A DNA stretch of 63,977 bases, the filler included. It is 8 parts of 8 records of this genome, joined end to end, with 100 filler letters (N's around TTAATTAATTAA, not from the genome) between each part and the next. Parts side by side here need not be neighbours in the genome. Positions count along the whole stretch, not along the records: positions 21,824 to 37,011 come from SRR31147125_12350; positions 37,112 to 45,905 come from SRR31147125_12356; 6 more parts are not named here. One strand, 5' to 3'. Below the pieces are notes generated by a model. That model was not told where the DNA came from. It searched no databases and was given only the letters and a program-made list of their open reading frames with translations. Of this stretch, positions 31,682 through 42,277 are shown one piece after another (within the stretch, counting starts at the first letter, position 1; each line of letters opens with the position of its first letter). Both the position numbers and the translations under genes were made by a program.

Positions 31682-33064
31682 ATGCTTGAAAAAAAGGTGA
31701 TTGAAGAAGTATTAACAGAATCTCTGTCAACAGGTGGAGATTTTGCGGAAATTTTTATAGAAGATAAAAGAAACAGAAGCATTGCATTAATAGGAGGAAA
31801 GGTGGATAACAGTCTTTCCGGAAGAGATTTTGGAATTGGTTTAAGAATCTTCAAAGGTCTATTTTCTGTATATGCTTATACAAACTTAAGTGACAGAGAG
31901 AGCCTTCTAAAAACTGCCAAAGAAGCAGCTTCCGCTATTGATGGAACTAAAGAAGACATAACTATAAACTTAATAAAACAAGACGTGGAAAACAGGCATA
32001 AAATTATTAAAATGCCTAATAGTATTGAGAGTAAAGAAAAAGTTGAGCTAATAAGAAGAGCATATCATGCAGCGAAAAATTATGATGAAGTTATTAGCCA
32101 AGTTAGAGTTAATTATATTGATAGTGTTCAAAATGTGCTTATTGCTAACTCAGAGGGATTATTTAAAGAAGATCAAAGAGTAAGAACTAGAATGATGATA
32201 AATAGTGTGGCTTCAAATGGTGTAGATATGCAAACAGGCGGATATAACCCAGGTGCACACAAAGGTTACGAGTTCTATGATTCGATTAATGTTGAAGAAT
32301 ACGCGAGAGAGGCGTCAAGAATAGCCAAAACAATGTTATACGCAGAGGAGTGCCCTAGTGGTACGATGCCAGTTGTAATTGACAATGAGTTTGGTGGAGT
32401 AATATTCCATGAGGCATGTGGACATGGTCTAGAAGCAACCAGCGTTGCAAAAGGTCAATCTGTTTTTGCCGGTAAAATCGGAGAAAAGGTAGCATCTGAC
32501 TGTGTAACGGCCATTGACGACGGAACTATGCCAAATGCTTGGGGTTCTCTAAACATTGATGATGAAGGAACACCTACTCAAAGAAACGTTTTAATCGAAG
32601 ACGGAATCTTGAAAGGTTATATGATAGATAAATTAAATGGTCGAAGAATGGGGATGGAAAGTACTGGTTCCGCTAGAAGACAATCATATAAATTTGCACC
32701 AACATCAAGAATGACTAACACTTATATTGACTCTGGAAATTCAAAATTTGATGATATGATATCTAGCACAGAAAAAGGTATCTATGCTAAATATATGGGT
32801 GGAGGTTCAGTTAATCCAGCAACTGGTGACTTTAACTTTGCCATAATGGAAGGTTACTTAATCGAGAATGGTAAAATTACTAAACCTGTTAAAGGAGCTA
32901 CACTTATTGGAAATGGTCCTGAAATCCTTAAAAAGATCGAGATGGTTGGAGATAATTTAGCACATGGACAAGGTATGTGCGGTTCAGTTAGTGGAAGCAT
33001 CCCTGCAAACGTTGGACAACCAAGTATAAAAGTTAGCAATATCACTGTTGGCGGAAAAAAATAA
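31682..33064 (+). CDS. tldD: TldD metalloprotease subunit
   Basis: GGDFAEIF, HEACGHGLEA, DDEG, RMTNT and GMCGS...VGQP. Confidence 0.95.
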   Translation: MLEKKVIEEVLTESLSTGGDFAEIFIEDKRNRSIALIGGKVDNSLSGRDFGIGLRIFKGLFSVYAYTNLSDRESLLKTAKEAASAIDGTKEDITINLIKQDVENRHKIIKMPNSIESKEKVELIRRAYHAAKNYDEVISQVRVNYIDSVQNVLIANSEGLFKEDQRVRTRMMINSVASNGVDMQTGGYNPGAHKGYEFYDSINVEEYAREASRIAKTMLYAEECPSGTMPVVIDNEFGGVIFHEACGHGLEATSVAKGQSVFAGKIGEKVASDCVTAIDDGTMPNAWGSLNIDDEGTPTQRNVLIEDGILKGYMIDKLNGRRMGMESTGSARRQSYKFAPTSRMTNTYIDSGNSKFDDMISSTEKGIYAKYMGGGSVNPATGDFNFAIMEGYLIENGKITKPVKGATLIGNGPEILKKIEMVGDNLAHGQGMCGSVSGSIPANVGQPSIKVSNITVGGKK

Positions 33065-33078
33065 TTAGGGGGATCATA

Positions 33079-34431
33079 ATGAACATAAATGATTTTATAA
33101 ATAACTTATTTAATAAAGCGGAAGCAAAAGGATTAAGAGAATATGAAGTTTACTTCACTGAGGGAAAAAGCTTCTCTGTAAAAGTATTTAATGCCGAGGT
33201 AGATGATTATAAAAATGCTAAAACACACGGCTTATCTTTCCGTGCTTTGTATAATGAAAAAATGGGCTATTCATATACTGAAATATTTGATGAAGCGGCT
33301 ATTGATATGCTAGTTAATGATTTAATAGAAAATGCAAGTATGATAGAAAACGAAGATAAAATCCCTATATTTGAAGGTTCTGACTCATACCAAGAGGTTA
33401 ACAACTATAATGAAAAATTAGAAGAGGTAACAACCGCAGATAAGATTCAATTTACTAAAAAATTAGAGGAGTATGCAAAATCTCTAGACGAAAGAGTCCA
33501 AAGTGTAAACTACTGTTTATTAGGTAACTCAAGTGGTAAAAGGTTAATTCAAAACTCAAAAGGTTTAAAACTCGAAAGTAAAGGAAATATAATTTATACA
33601 TATGTTTCTGTTGTTGTTAAGGAAAAGGATGATATAAAAACAGCCCATGCATATAGTGTAAGTAGAGATTTTGCTAAACTAAATTATGAAGATTTAGCTA
33701 AAGAAGCTGTGGAAAAAGCAACAGCTAAATTAGGGGCAAAACCTGTTTCAACTGGAGAATATAAAATTATCATAGAAAATGAAGCTATGACTGATATGCT
33801 TGGAACTGTAACAGGAATCTTTTCTGCTGAAGCTGTACAAAAAGGATTATCCAAGTTTAAAGGTAAAATAAATGAAAAAGTAGCTATTGATAAACTTAAC
33901 ATAATTGATAACCCTTTCCTAGAGGGAGGGTTTGCTAATAAAAGTTTCGATGATGAAGGAGTCGCTGCAAGAAAGAAAAAGATCATTGAAAATGGTATCT
34001 TAAAAACTTATTTCCATAATCTAAAAACAGCAAAAAAAGATAATGTCAAACCAACAGGAAATGGAACAAAGTCTTCGTATAAATCTTCTATAGGGATTGC
34101 ACCAAGCAATCTATATATCGAAGCTGGAGAGTTTTCAAAAGAAAAACTCATTGAGAAAGCTGAAAAAGGTCTTTTAATCACTAGCTTAGCTGGACTTCAT
34201 TCTGGATTCAACTCAATTTCTGGTGATTTTTCACTATCAGCTGAAGGGTTTTATTTCGAAAATGCTAAAATAGATAGATCGGTTAATCAAATTACTATTG
34301 CAGGTAATTTCTTTGATTTATTAAATTCCATTGAAGCAATAGGAAGTGACTTAAAATTCTCACTACCAGGTTCATCAGCAATAGGTTCTCCATCACTACT
34401 TATAAAAAAATTAACTGTAGCAGGTAGTTAG
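33079..34431 (+). CDS. pmbA: PmbA/TldE subunit
   Basis: FDDEG, SGDFSL, ITIAGN and SPSL; lacks HExxH; follows tldD. Confidence 0.9.
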   Translation: MNINDFINNLFNKAEAKGLREYEVYFTEGKSFSVKVFNAEVDDYKNAKTHGLSFRALYNEKMGYSYTEIFDEAAIDMLVNDLIENASMIENEDKIPIFEGSDSYQEVNNYNEKLEEVTTADKIQFTKKLEEYAKSLDERVQSVNYCLLGNSSGKRLIQNSKGLKLESKGNIIYTYVSVVVKEKDDIKTAHAYSVSRDFAKLNYEDLAKEAVEKATAKLGAKPVSTGEYKIIIENEAMTDMLGTVTGIFSAEAVQKGLSKFKGKINEKVAIDKLNIIDNPFLEGGFANKSFDDEGVAARKKKIIENGILKTYFHNLKTAKKDNVKPTGNGTKSSYKSSIGIAPSNLYIEAGEFSKEKLIEKAEKGLLITSLAGLHSGFNSISGDFSLSAEGFYFENAKIDRSVNQITIAGNFFDLLNSIEAIGSDLKFSLPGSSAIGSPSLLIKKLTVAGS

Positions 34432-34455
34432 TTTAACCAAAGGAGGATTGAGAAT

Positions 34456-36043
34456 ATGCACACAATTTTACATAGTGAATATCTAATGTTATGCGCATTG
34501 GCATATTGTTATTTTTCCAAACAAGATATAGATAAGTGGTTAACAAAATTACTAATAGATGAAAGCCCGGAACTACAGACAAACAAAGAGCGTATTTTGC
34601 TAAAAAATACGCTCTTTAAAAAATGAACTACTATGATAACTGGGATGTTATTGAAAAAAATTATGGCTATCTATTTGAAAATTGGAAAATACTTGAGATT
34701 ATGGATAGAACAAACAACGATCTCCAGAATCAAAAGCCAACTGGTTTTTATGCTATAGCATTTGGTAAATATAACAATGACGAAGAGCTTGAAAGCATAG
34801 TTTGCACATTTCGAGGAAGTGAATTATTCCCAATCCAAGAAGCTTTCAAGGATTTTATTGAAACTGATATGTTGATCGGTATAGCTAAAAAACCGAGGCA
34901 ATATGATCAAGGATTGGAGTTCTATAAATTCATATCATCAAAATATGATTATAAAATAATTAACTTAGCTGGACATTCATTAGGTGGAGGTATCGCCCAA
35001 TACGTTGCAGTTATGTCTGAAACTATTGTGCCAGACAAGACGTTCTGTCCAAATACATTTACAATTAACGGTATTGGAACTCTTTCGCCTGGTTTTATAG
35101 AGGTACAGAGTTTTATGAAATATAAAGAGGAATTTTTCGAAAAGTTCGCAGAATCTGAAATCTTTTTAACTGAGTATGACAGGTTAAGTAAAATTTTTAT
35201 TCCATATATTATGACAAGATGTCCATATATTAAAAATTCTTCTAGAGTTAAGAAAATACCACAATTTGCCCCAAATTTTAACTACAGAATCTCTCCACTT
35301 GAGAGAATGTTTTTAATCAAATCTATTAGGCTGGCGTATAAAAATTTCAAGTTAAATGATTCGCAAATTGAACAGACAATAAATTTTTTCTTTAAAAGAA
35401 ATCGCCTTTTTTCGTACCTGAAGGAAGCTGAGTCTGTACTAAATAATTTTTATTCAAACAACAAGTATACAAATGTTTTAAACTATGTACACTCAAGGGA
35501 CTTCACAGCCTCATTTTTACCACATGTAGGTACTACATTTGAGGTTGACAAAAAATTGAAAATAAGAGAGAATGTAGTAAAAAGGAATTTTTTAAGCAAC
35601 TAAGCAGAGTATCTGTTATTATAGAAAAATATCATATGATTGATGTCTTTACACCATTTATTTCAACTAATGCTGGGAAAAATGTAATAGATAATTTAAA
35701 ACAAGGTGATTTCAGTAATGAGATAAATGAAACCTACATTTCAAGTGCACTTAGAAAATTAATTTATCTGGAAAAATCTGTTAATAATAATCTATTAATT
35801 TTATATCACTCTCGAAAAAGGCTCCTAAATGATGATGAGTTAGAACTAATTAGAATTGAACTATTAAATACTCTTAAAACTTCAGCAATTAGGCACATTA
35901 AATACTCTAGAATCATTTATGAAAAACTAGAGTGTGCAGACTGCGACACCATTAGACGAATCTGGTTCGGTACACTTGATAAAAGTGTTAGTCCATATAA
36001 ATGCCTTGACCTAGATGATATAATGGTTTACCACTATATTTAA
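34456..36043 (+). CDS. Class-3 lipase/Mbeg1-like alpha/beta hydrolase, frameshifts near 34618-34623 and 35579-35593
   Basis: AGGAGG RBS; LCALAY, FRGSE, GHSLGG, YVHSRD and YHMIDVF (catalytic His), spread over three frames. Confidence 0.7.
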
Positions 36044-36058
36044 AATAAGGAAATCCAT

Positions 36059-36418
36059 ATGAAAATATTGATAGTAGATGATATGTTTTATATTCGCGAA
36101 GAGATTCGTGATATTTTAGAGAGAAATGGATATAAATATATTGAGGAAGCTGAAGATGGTGTAGAAGCAATAGCAATTTTTCATGAATTTAAACCTGACA
36201 TAATTAGCATGGATATTAATATGCCAAATATGAATGGCTTAGAAGCTGCAAAAAAAATAAAACTAGAAAATAGAGATGTTAAAATACTTTTATGTAGTAC
36301 AATAGTTTCCTATAAGGATATACGAGAGCAAGGAGAATCAATAGGTATCGATGCCTATCTAAGTAAACCCTTTAACAAAGATTCATATATGGAGCAATTT
36401 AATAAATTATTGTCATGA
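36059..36418 (+). CDS. CheY-like single-domain response regulator
   Basis: ILIVDD, MDINMP and KPF. Confidence 0.9.
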   Translation: MKILIVDDMFYIREEIRDILERNGYKYIEEAEDGVEAIAIFHEFKPDIISMDINMPNMNGLEAAKKIKLENRDVKILLCSTIVSYKDIREQGESIGIDAYLSKPFNKDSYMEQFNKLLS

Positions 36419-36438
36419 AGTATTTTAGGAGGGGTAAA

Positions 36439-36957
36439 ATGTTTAACTTTTTAAAATCGTGGGGCAAGAAAAAAACTGACTCTAGCAGTCAAAGTGGGAG
36501 TTATGTTGATGTATTATCTCCAATGGATGGTGAGATAATTGATTTATCACAAATTCCTGATGAAGCTTTTGCTTCAAAATTAGTTGGAGACGGCGTGGGA
36601 ATTATTCCAAACGAAAATAGCAATACATTATCAAGTCCATGCACAACAGAAATAATGAATATTTATGATACAGGGCATGCAGTAACATTTGATTATAAAG
36701 AATTAGAATTATTAGTTCACATTGGTGTAGGAACAGTAAAGTTAAAAGGAAAAGGTTTTAATAAACTAATTTCAGATGGAGCGGTAAAGGAAAAAGATAA
36801 AATAATTAAATATGATTTAGATTTCATCAAAAATAATTCCAAATCAGAAAAAACTGCTGTGGTTATTGCAAATATGGAGCGGGTATCAAAAATAGAAAAA
36901 AAGAGTGGTAAAATAAAATCAGGTGACCTTTTAATGAGGGTTTACCTAGTAGGCTAA
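36439..36957 (+). CDS. crr: PTS glucose-family EIIA component
   Basis: DEAFASKLVGDG, GHAV and LVHIGVGTVKLKGKGF; AGGAGG RBS. Confidence 0.9.
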   Translation: MFNFLKSWGKKKTDSSSQSGSYVDVLSPMDGEIIDLSQIPDEAFASKLVGDGVGIIPNENSNTLSSPCTTEIMNIYDTGHAVTFDYKELELLVHIGVGTVKLKGKGFNKLISDGAVKEKDKIIKYDLDFIKNNSKSEKTAVVIANMERVSKIEKKSGKIKSGDLLMRVYLVG

Positions 36958-37111
36958 ATTTCATAACTTATGAAGTTTAGCTTTTTTTATACTATAGTAA
37001 AGTATAGATTTNNNNNNNNNNNNNNNNNNNNNNNNNNNNNNNNNNNNNNNNNNNNTTAATTAATTAANNNNNNNNNNNNNNNNNNNNNNNNNNNNNNNNN
37101 NNNNNNNNNNN

Positions 37112-38001
37112 CCTTCATCGAAATCAACCGGGAAGAATGCACCATCAACAATTACCAATGGGTCGTTGCTGGCATTAATGGAGCGCTGACCCCGAACTAA
37201 AATTTCACCACTTTGGCCAGGGCGTCCATTATCCATAAATTGTACTCCGGCAACACGTCCACGTAATGCCTGTCCAACATTGGTATTGGGTTGTGCCTCC
37301 ATTTGTTCTACATCAACCTGGGTAACAGAACCGGTTACATGGCGTTTTACCTGGCTTCCATAACCAATTACAACAATCTCTTCCAGCGACTGTATGTTTT
37401 CTATCATGGTGATGTTAATAATTGTCTGACCAGCTATTTCTATTTCCTCAGGAAGGTATCCAACATAAGAAAAGCTTAAAATAGCATTGGGCGAACTTAC
37501 TGAAATGGAATATTCACCTTCCAGGTTTGTAACTGCTCCGTTGGTTGTGCCCTTTTCAACAATATTAACACCAGGTAATGGATTGTCCTCGGAATCAACT
37601 ATTTTCCCTTTAATTGTAATTTCTTGTTCTGCCTGCACCAGCGGGGTGATCACAACAATTTTTTCATCGAAGATTTTGTATTTGTATTCGTTCTGAGTAA
37701 AGACTGATTCAAGAAATTCGGGGACTGTATAATTTTCTGATTCAATAAATAATTTTTTCGTGTCATCAAGATGTTCTTCGAGGTAAAAAAATTTATAACC
37801 GGTCTTTGCTTCTATTTTGTCAAAAGCTTCCCTGATAGTAACATTGCTAAACTCCTCCCCAATTTTTTCACTTTGTGAAAAAGTATCAGCACAGATGCTT
37901 AATGTACTAATGGTCAAAAGTATAAATGTTAGTTTCATAATTAGTAAAATTTTTAAATGTACCTTTCTAAGTGAAAGATTGTTAATTAATTTTTCTTTCA
38001 T
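37112..38001 (-). CDS. SusC/RagA TonB-dependent transducer with STN domain, 3' truncated
   Basis: MKLTFILL, STN region, PLPGVNIVEKGTTNG, VVIGYG and RGQRS...PLVIVDG. Confidence 0.92.
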
Positions 38002-38161
38002 AATTTTGTTGTATTAAGTGAATAACTAATGATCTTTTTCTGATCCTCCAGATCAGAATTAGGAAATTAATCGGGGGATATTACCAGTATCTTCCGATTT
38101 TTTGTTTTTACTTTTCTTTACTTATGTCATACGCTTCGTGTTTAGGTTAATAATTATAGTT

Positions 38162-39271
38162 TTAATTCTTAGTCTCATTTTTCTCTTTCTGTATAGTGAT
38201 TACGTTCTGTTCAATTTCAAACTGTATAGGTAGGGCAAATTGCATTACTTTCATTACCTGTGTAACCGTCTCGTTATCAATGGTACCATTGAAATGGTAG
38301 TTGAGGATTTCTTCATCAATAACATTAAATTTTACACCATACCATCTCTCAAGCCTTACTAAAACCTCGGTAAGATTTTCGCTCCTAAAAACAAGTTTAT
38401 TTTCTTTCCATGAGGTGTAGACTTTTGTGTCAATATTTTCATCAATTACAATGGGTTTCTTTTTGTCCAGTAGTATTTCTTCATTTTTCTGTTCCTGTTT
38501 TTTGTCCTCAGTATTGGCAATTACGACCTTGTTGTCGTTTTTGGTGATAACAGCCCTTTGCTTTGGTTTGAGCACCGCTATTTTATTATTGTTTTTTCCT
38601 TCTTTTCGTTCAATGATAACTTCGCCTTCCTCGAGAGTGGTTTCAATTGTGTTTTCATCCGGGTATGCTTTTAAATTGAACATTGTACCGGTTACATTGA
38701 TGGTTACTTCAGAGGTATTTACACGGAATGGTAATGCGGCGTTTTTTTCTACATCGAAAAATGCCTCGCCCTCAAGTTCTACTAACCTATCTCTTTTGCC
38801 AAAATTGGAAGAATAGAATAGTTTGCTGTCTGAATTTAGCCATACCTTTGTGCCGTCAGGTAGTTTAACAAATGACTTGGAACCCTTTGGTGCGTTAATT
38901 TCTACACTATCCGATATATGGTTTAGTGATAGTATCTTGTTGCTATCCATTAAATATAAAATAAAGGCTCCCAATGTAAAAGATAATACAAATATGGCGG
39001 CCACTTTCATCCAGGCTGGCAAAATAATTCCTGCCATTCTTTTCTCTTTTTCCTTGTTTTTTATTTTAGCCTGTAATTTCAACCACGACTCATTGGTTGC
39101 TTTGGTGTGGATTTGATTATATTGATTTCTTGAAATGTATTCCTTAAAAGCATAATAATTTTTCTCTGATGAATTAATCCATTCGGATAACTTTACTTCA
39201 TTTTCTGCTTCCAGCTCACCGCTCAGGTAGCTGCTGATTAATTGTAAAATATGTTGAGGCAGTAATTCCAT
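38162..39271 (-). CDS. FecR-family anti-sigma factor
   Basis: LPDGTKVWLN, LEGEAFF, VTGTMFN and LERWYGV. Confidence 0.93.
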   Translation of the reverse strand: MELLPQHILQLISSYLSGELEAENEVKLSEWINSSEKNYYAFKEYISRNQYNQIHTKATNESWLKLQAKIKNKEKEKRMAGIILPAWMKVAAIFVLSFTLGAFILYLMDSNKILSLNHISDSVEINAPKGSKSFVKLPDGTKVWLNSDSKLFYSSNFGKRDRLVELEGEAFFDVEKNAALPFRVNTSEVTINVTGTMFNLKAYPDENTIETTLEEGEVIIERKEGKNNNKIAVLKPKQRAVITKNDNKVVIANTEDKKQEQKNEEILLDKKKPIVIDENIDTKVYTSWKENKLVFRSENLTEVLVRLERWYGVKFNVIDEEILNYHFNGTIDNETVTQVMKVMQFALPIQFEIEQNVITIQKEKNETKN

Positions 39272-39437
39272 TTTTATGTGTTATACTATTAGTAATACAA
39301 TTGAGAGATAAAATACCGATCCCCTATTTTACTATTTTTTTTATGTTTTTTTACGATTTTTTATGGATTCTTTTTAAAGTAATCCGAATTGGATTGGATC
39401 TTGATGATATTTTTGCCACAAATATTAATAAATACAA

Positions 39438-40046
39438 CTATTTTATAATCCTGAGTAGATCAATGACAACGATGGCAATTAAATAATGATCGGATAAATG
39501 TGTTTTTAATTTTTGAAGGGCTCGTGTATTGTGTTTTTCTATGGTTCGTAATGAAAGGTCAAGCATTTGAGCAATTTCTGTGTTTTTCATCCCTTTAAAA
39601 CGGGAAAGTCGAAATACTTTTTGTGTCTGCTCCGGAAGACTATCCATTACTTTCTCAATTTCTTCCTGTATTTCATTAAATATGGTCTGATGTAATGGAT
39701 CACTGAAAAAATCGGCATAATAAAGGCTTTCTATTTTCGTAATATCACCTTCAAGAATGGTACTGGTGTCTGTAATTTGTTGGTGTTTTAAATAGTTCAG
39801 GCAGGCATTTCTTACCAGCGTAAATAAATATGATTGAAAAGTCTCTTCTTCGATTTCATTTCTTTTCTCCCACACTTTTAAAAAAACTCCCTGGATAATA
39901 TCTTCCGCTTCATCCCTGTCCGGGACAAATTTTTTCGCAAATGCCATCAACCTGGGGAAGTAGGCCTTAAAAATAAACTCAAACATTTTTTCATCATTAA
40001 ATAAAAGTTTGTTTGATGCGTGTTTATTTTTATTGAGCATTTCCAT
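39438..40046 (-). CDS. ECF RNA polymerase sigma-70 factor (Bacteroidota type)
   Basis: AEDIIQGVFLKVW, RNACLNYLKH and VFRLSRFKGMKNTEIA; TAnnTTTG promoter just upstream. Confidence 0.93.
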   Translation of the reverse strand: MEMLNKNKHASNKLLFNDEKMFEFIFKAYFPRLMAFAKKFVPDRDEAEDIIQGVFLKVWEKRNEIEEETFQSYLFTLVRNACLNYLKHQQITDTSTILEGDITKIESLYYADFFSDPLHQTIFNEIQEEIEKVMDSLPEQTQKVFRLSRFKGMKNTEIAQMLDLSLRTIEKHNTRALQKLKTHLSDHYLIAIVVIDLLRIIK

Positions 40047-40263
40047 TGTTGACAAAAGTAGAAATTAATTTATAAATTTTAATTTGAGAACCTGATAACT
40101 TACTTGTGTTCCAACTAGTGCTTAATGGCAATGCATTTAAATAACGTTTTTAGCATGCAGTTTCAGAAGGAGATGATTTAAGTAGGTTTTCACGGGAATG
40201 AAATATGAATATCTTAAATTTAGCATTTTTAAATAAACCATTTCAATTCAAAATTTTCAAAAC

Positions 40264-41186
40264 ATGAAAAACCGAATAGTATATTTTTTAATTTCAATCA
40301 CATTTGTGTTACTAAATTCATGTTCGAACAGTGCTTTGGATTATATCGATATCAATTACCCATCTGATACATCAAAAGCTTTTGCAGAATCTGTTTTTCA
40401 AAGTCAGTATGATTATATACAATCATTAGATATTTCAACAAACAAGAAAGAATACTTCTTCCAGCTAACCAACAAAAATTGGAGCTTTGATAAAATATTA
40501 TGTTTATCAGTAAATAATGATGGTCTTTACATTTTTGATACCATTGTTGATTCAAAAACGAATGATGTAATCAAACATTGTGGCGAGCCTTGTATTTCAA
40601 AAGATGGAAAAGAATTGTTTTTCTCATCGCTTGGCGATATCTGGAAAATGAGCAGGGTAAATGGAGTTTGGGAAAGCCCTGTAAAACTAGGCACTCCTGT
40701 AAATAGCGATTGGAAAGACGGCCATCCGTCCATTTCCAACAATGGCACACTTTATTTTCATTCATTTGAAAAAGACCCATTAAACAATAGTGTTTTCTTT
40801 TCTGAATTGCATCATGGTAAATATTTGGAAAGAACCAAAATAGATATACTAAGCGAAGTAGGCGATGCCGGCGATCCTGGAATCGCGCCGGATGAATCAT
40901 TTATTGTATTTGGTTCTTCGCGTGAAGGTGGTTTTGGAAATACCGATTTATACATAAGCCTAAAAACAAAAATGGTTGGTCGAGTCCGGAAAACTTAGGA
41001 GAAAATATTAACACTTCGGATTGGGAATTAGGTCCCAAAATTAGTCCCGATGGTAAATATTTATTTTATTATCGAAGGGATACCTGGAAGAATGCGAAGT
41101 ACTCGAAGATATATTGGGTAAATATTGAGGAAATTATAAAGGAATTACTTCATAAAATACCTAATAATGAAGCTAAAAGTAATTGA
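40264..41186 (+). CDS. PD40/WD40-like beta-propeller lipoprotein, frameshift near 40962-40973
   Basis: PCISKDGKELFF, PGIAPDESFIVF and GGFGNTDLYIS; continues NGWSSPENLG...ISPDGKYLF in a shifted frame. Confidence 0.8.
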
Positions 41187-41241
41187 ACTTAAGGAAACAA
41201 GTTTGTGATTAATCCATACTTGCCACGAAGTCATAATCATT

Positions 41242-42129
41242 TTATTCAATTGTATTCCAATCGCTTCTATATTTAACTGGAGACAACCCTGTATGTTTTT
41301 TAAAAAAACGGCTAAAATAGTTGGGATACTCAAAATTTAGCGAATATGCTATTTCAGAAATACTATAGGAAGTGTATATCAGGTAATTTTTTGCTTTTTG
41401 TATGAGATGTTCGTGTATTAATTTACTGGCAGGTTTATCGGCTGCCTGGTTACAAATACGATTTAAATGTACCGTTGTAATTCCTATATTATTTGCAATT
41501 TGTTGTATTGTAGTTTTGTTGTCTGCATTTCGTAACATTAATTGAAATTTTCGAAAATACTTTAACGAACGGTAATCAGTATTATTTGCTTTTAAGTCTT
41601 GTTTGTTCTTCCATAATCTGAAAATAATAATAAATACTTCTTGTAAAAGGGTTTGCAACATTCCATGTTTCTCAGGGTATATTTCGTTTAGTTCATTATC
41701 AATATATCCTAAAACTTGCGTTATCCGGTTTTGCTCAATTTTATATTTTTCTAACGAAATAATTTCCAGTTCTGAAAACATAGACACTAAATTTTCATAG
41801 ACAGAGACAATCTCGTCGGCCATAGAACTGTTTAGAGATAGTATGCTTCCCACGCTGTCTTCCGAAAAATTAAAACCATGAACAATTGTGGCAGGAATTA
41901 GTATCAGGCAGGGGCTGTTAATTTGCTGTTTTGTTTGCCCAGTATGCAGGATGACAGTTCCCTTTTCAATTAGAAAAAGTTGATGGATCCCCGGATGGAT
42001 ATGAGGCTTTATATTCCAATTAAAGTGCTTGCTGCGAATTTCAAGTCGTTCTGTAAAAATATAAGCTTCGTTTGTGCCAGAAACATGTTCTTTATAAAGC
42101 CTGTTATATTTTTCTATTGGCTGGATCAT
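41242..42129 (-). CDS. AraC family regulator with cupin domain (PobR/HpaA-like)
   Basis: IKPHIH cupin, HLNRIC and ISEIAYSLNFEYPNYFSRFFKK; divergent from the decarboxylase. Confidence 0.9.
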   Translation of the reverse strand: MIQPIEKYNRLYKEHVSGTNEAYIFTERLEIRSKHFNWNIKPHIHPGIHQLFLIEKGTVILHTGQTKQQINSPCLILIPATIVHGFNFSEDSVGSILSLNSSMADEIVSVYENLVSMFSELEIISLEKYKIEQNRITQVLGYIDNELNEIYPEKHGMLQTLLQEVFIIIFRLWKNKQDLKANNTDYRSLKYFRKFQLMLRNADNKTTIQQIANNIGITTVHLNRICNQAADKPASKLIHEHLIQKAKNYLIYTSYSISEIAYSLNFEYPNYFSRFFKKHTGLSPVKYRSDWNTIE

Positions 42130-42277
42130 TATATTATGGGAGTTGTTCTAAATATATCTTAATTCGGCGTAAAAATATGTATTAATTTAGATAATGTTTC
42201 ATTTGTATCTTTTCTTTGTTTAAAAGTGTCTTTGCGTATTGAATAAATTCATGAATTTTGATTTAAAATTGATATTT

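Noticed and set aside
24007-34431. RiPP/microcin cluster (small ORF + MacAB-TolC + TldD/E)
   Set aside because: No modification enzyme (YcaO, radical SAM, LanM) and no precursor-like peptide; the genes lie in separate transcription units.
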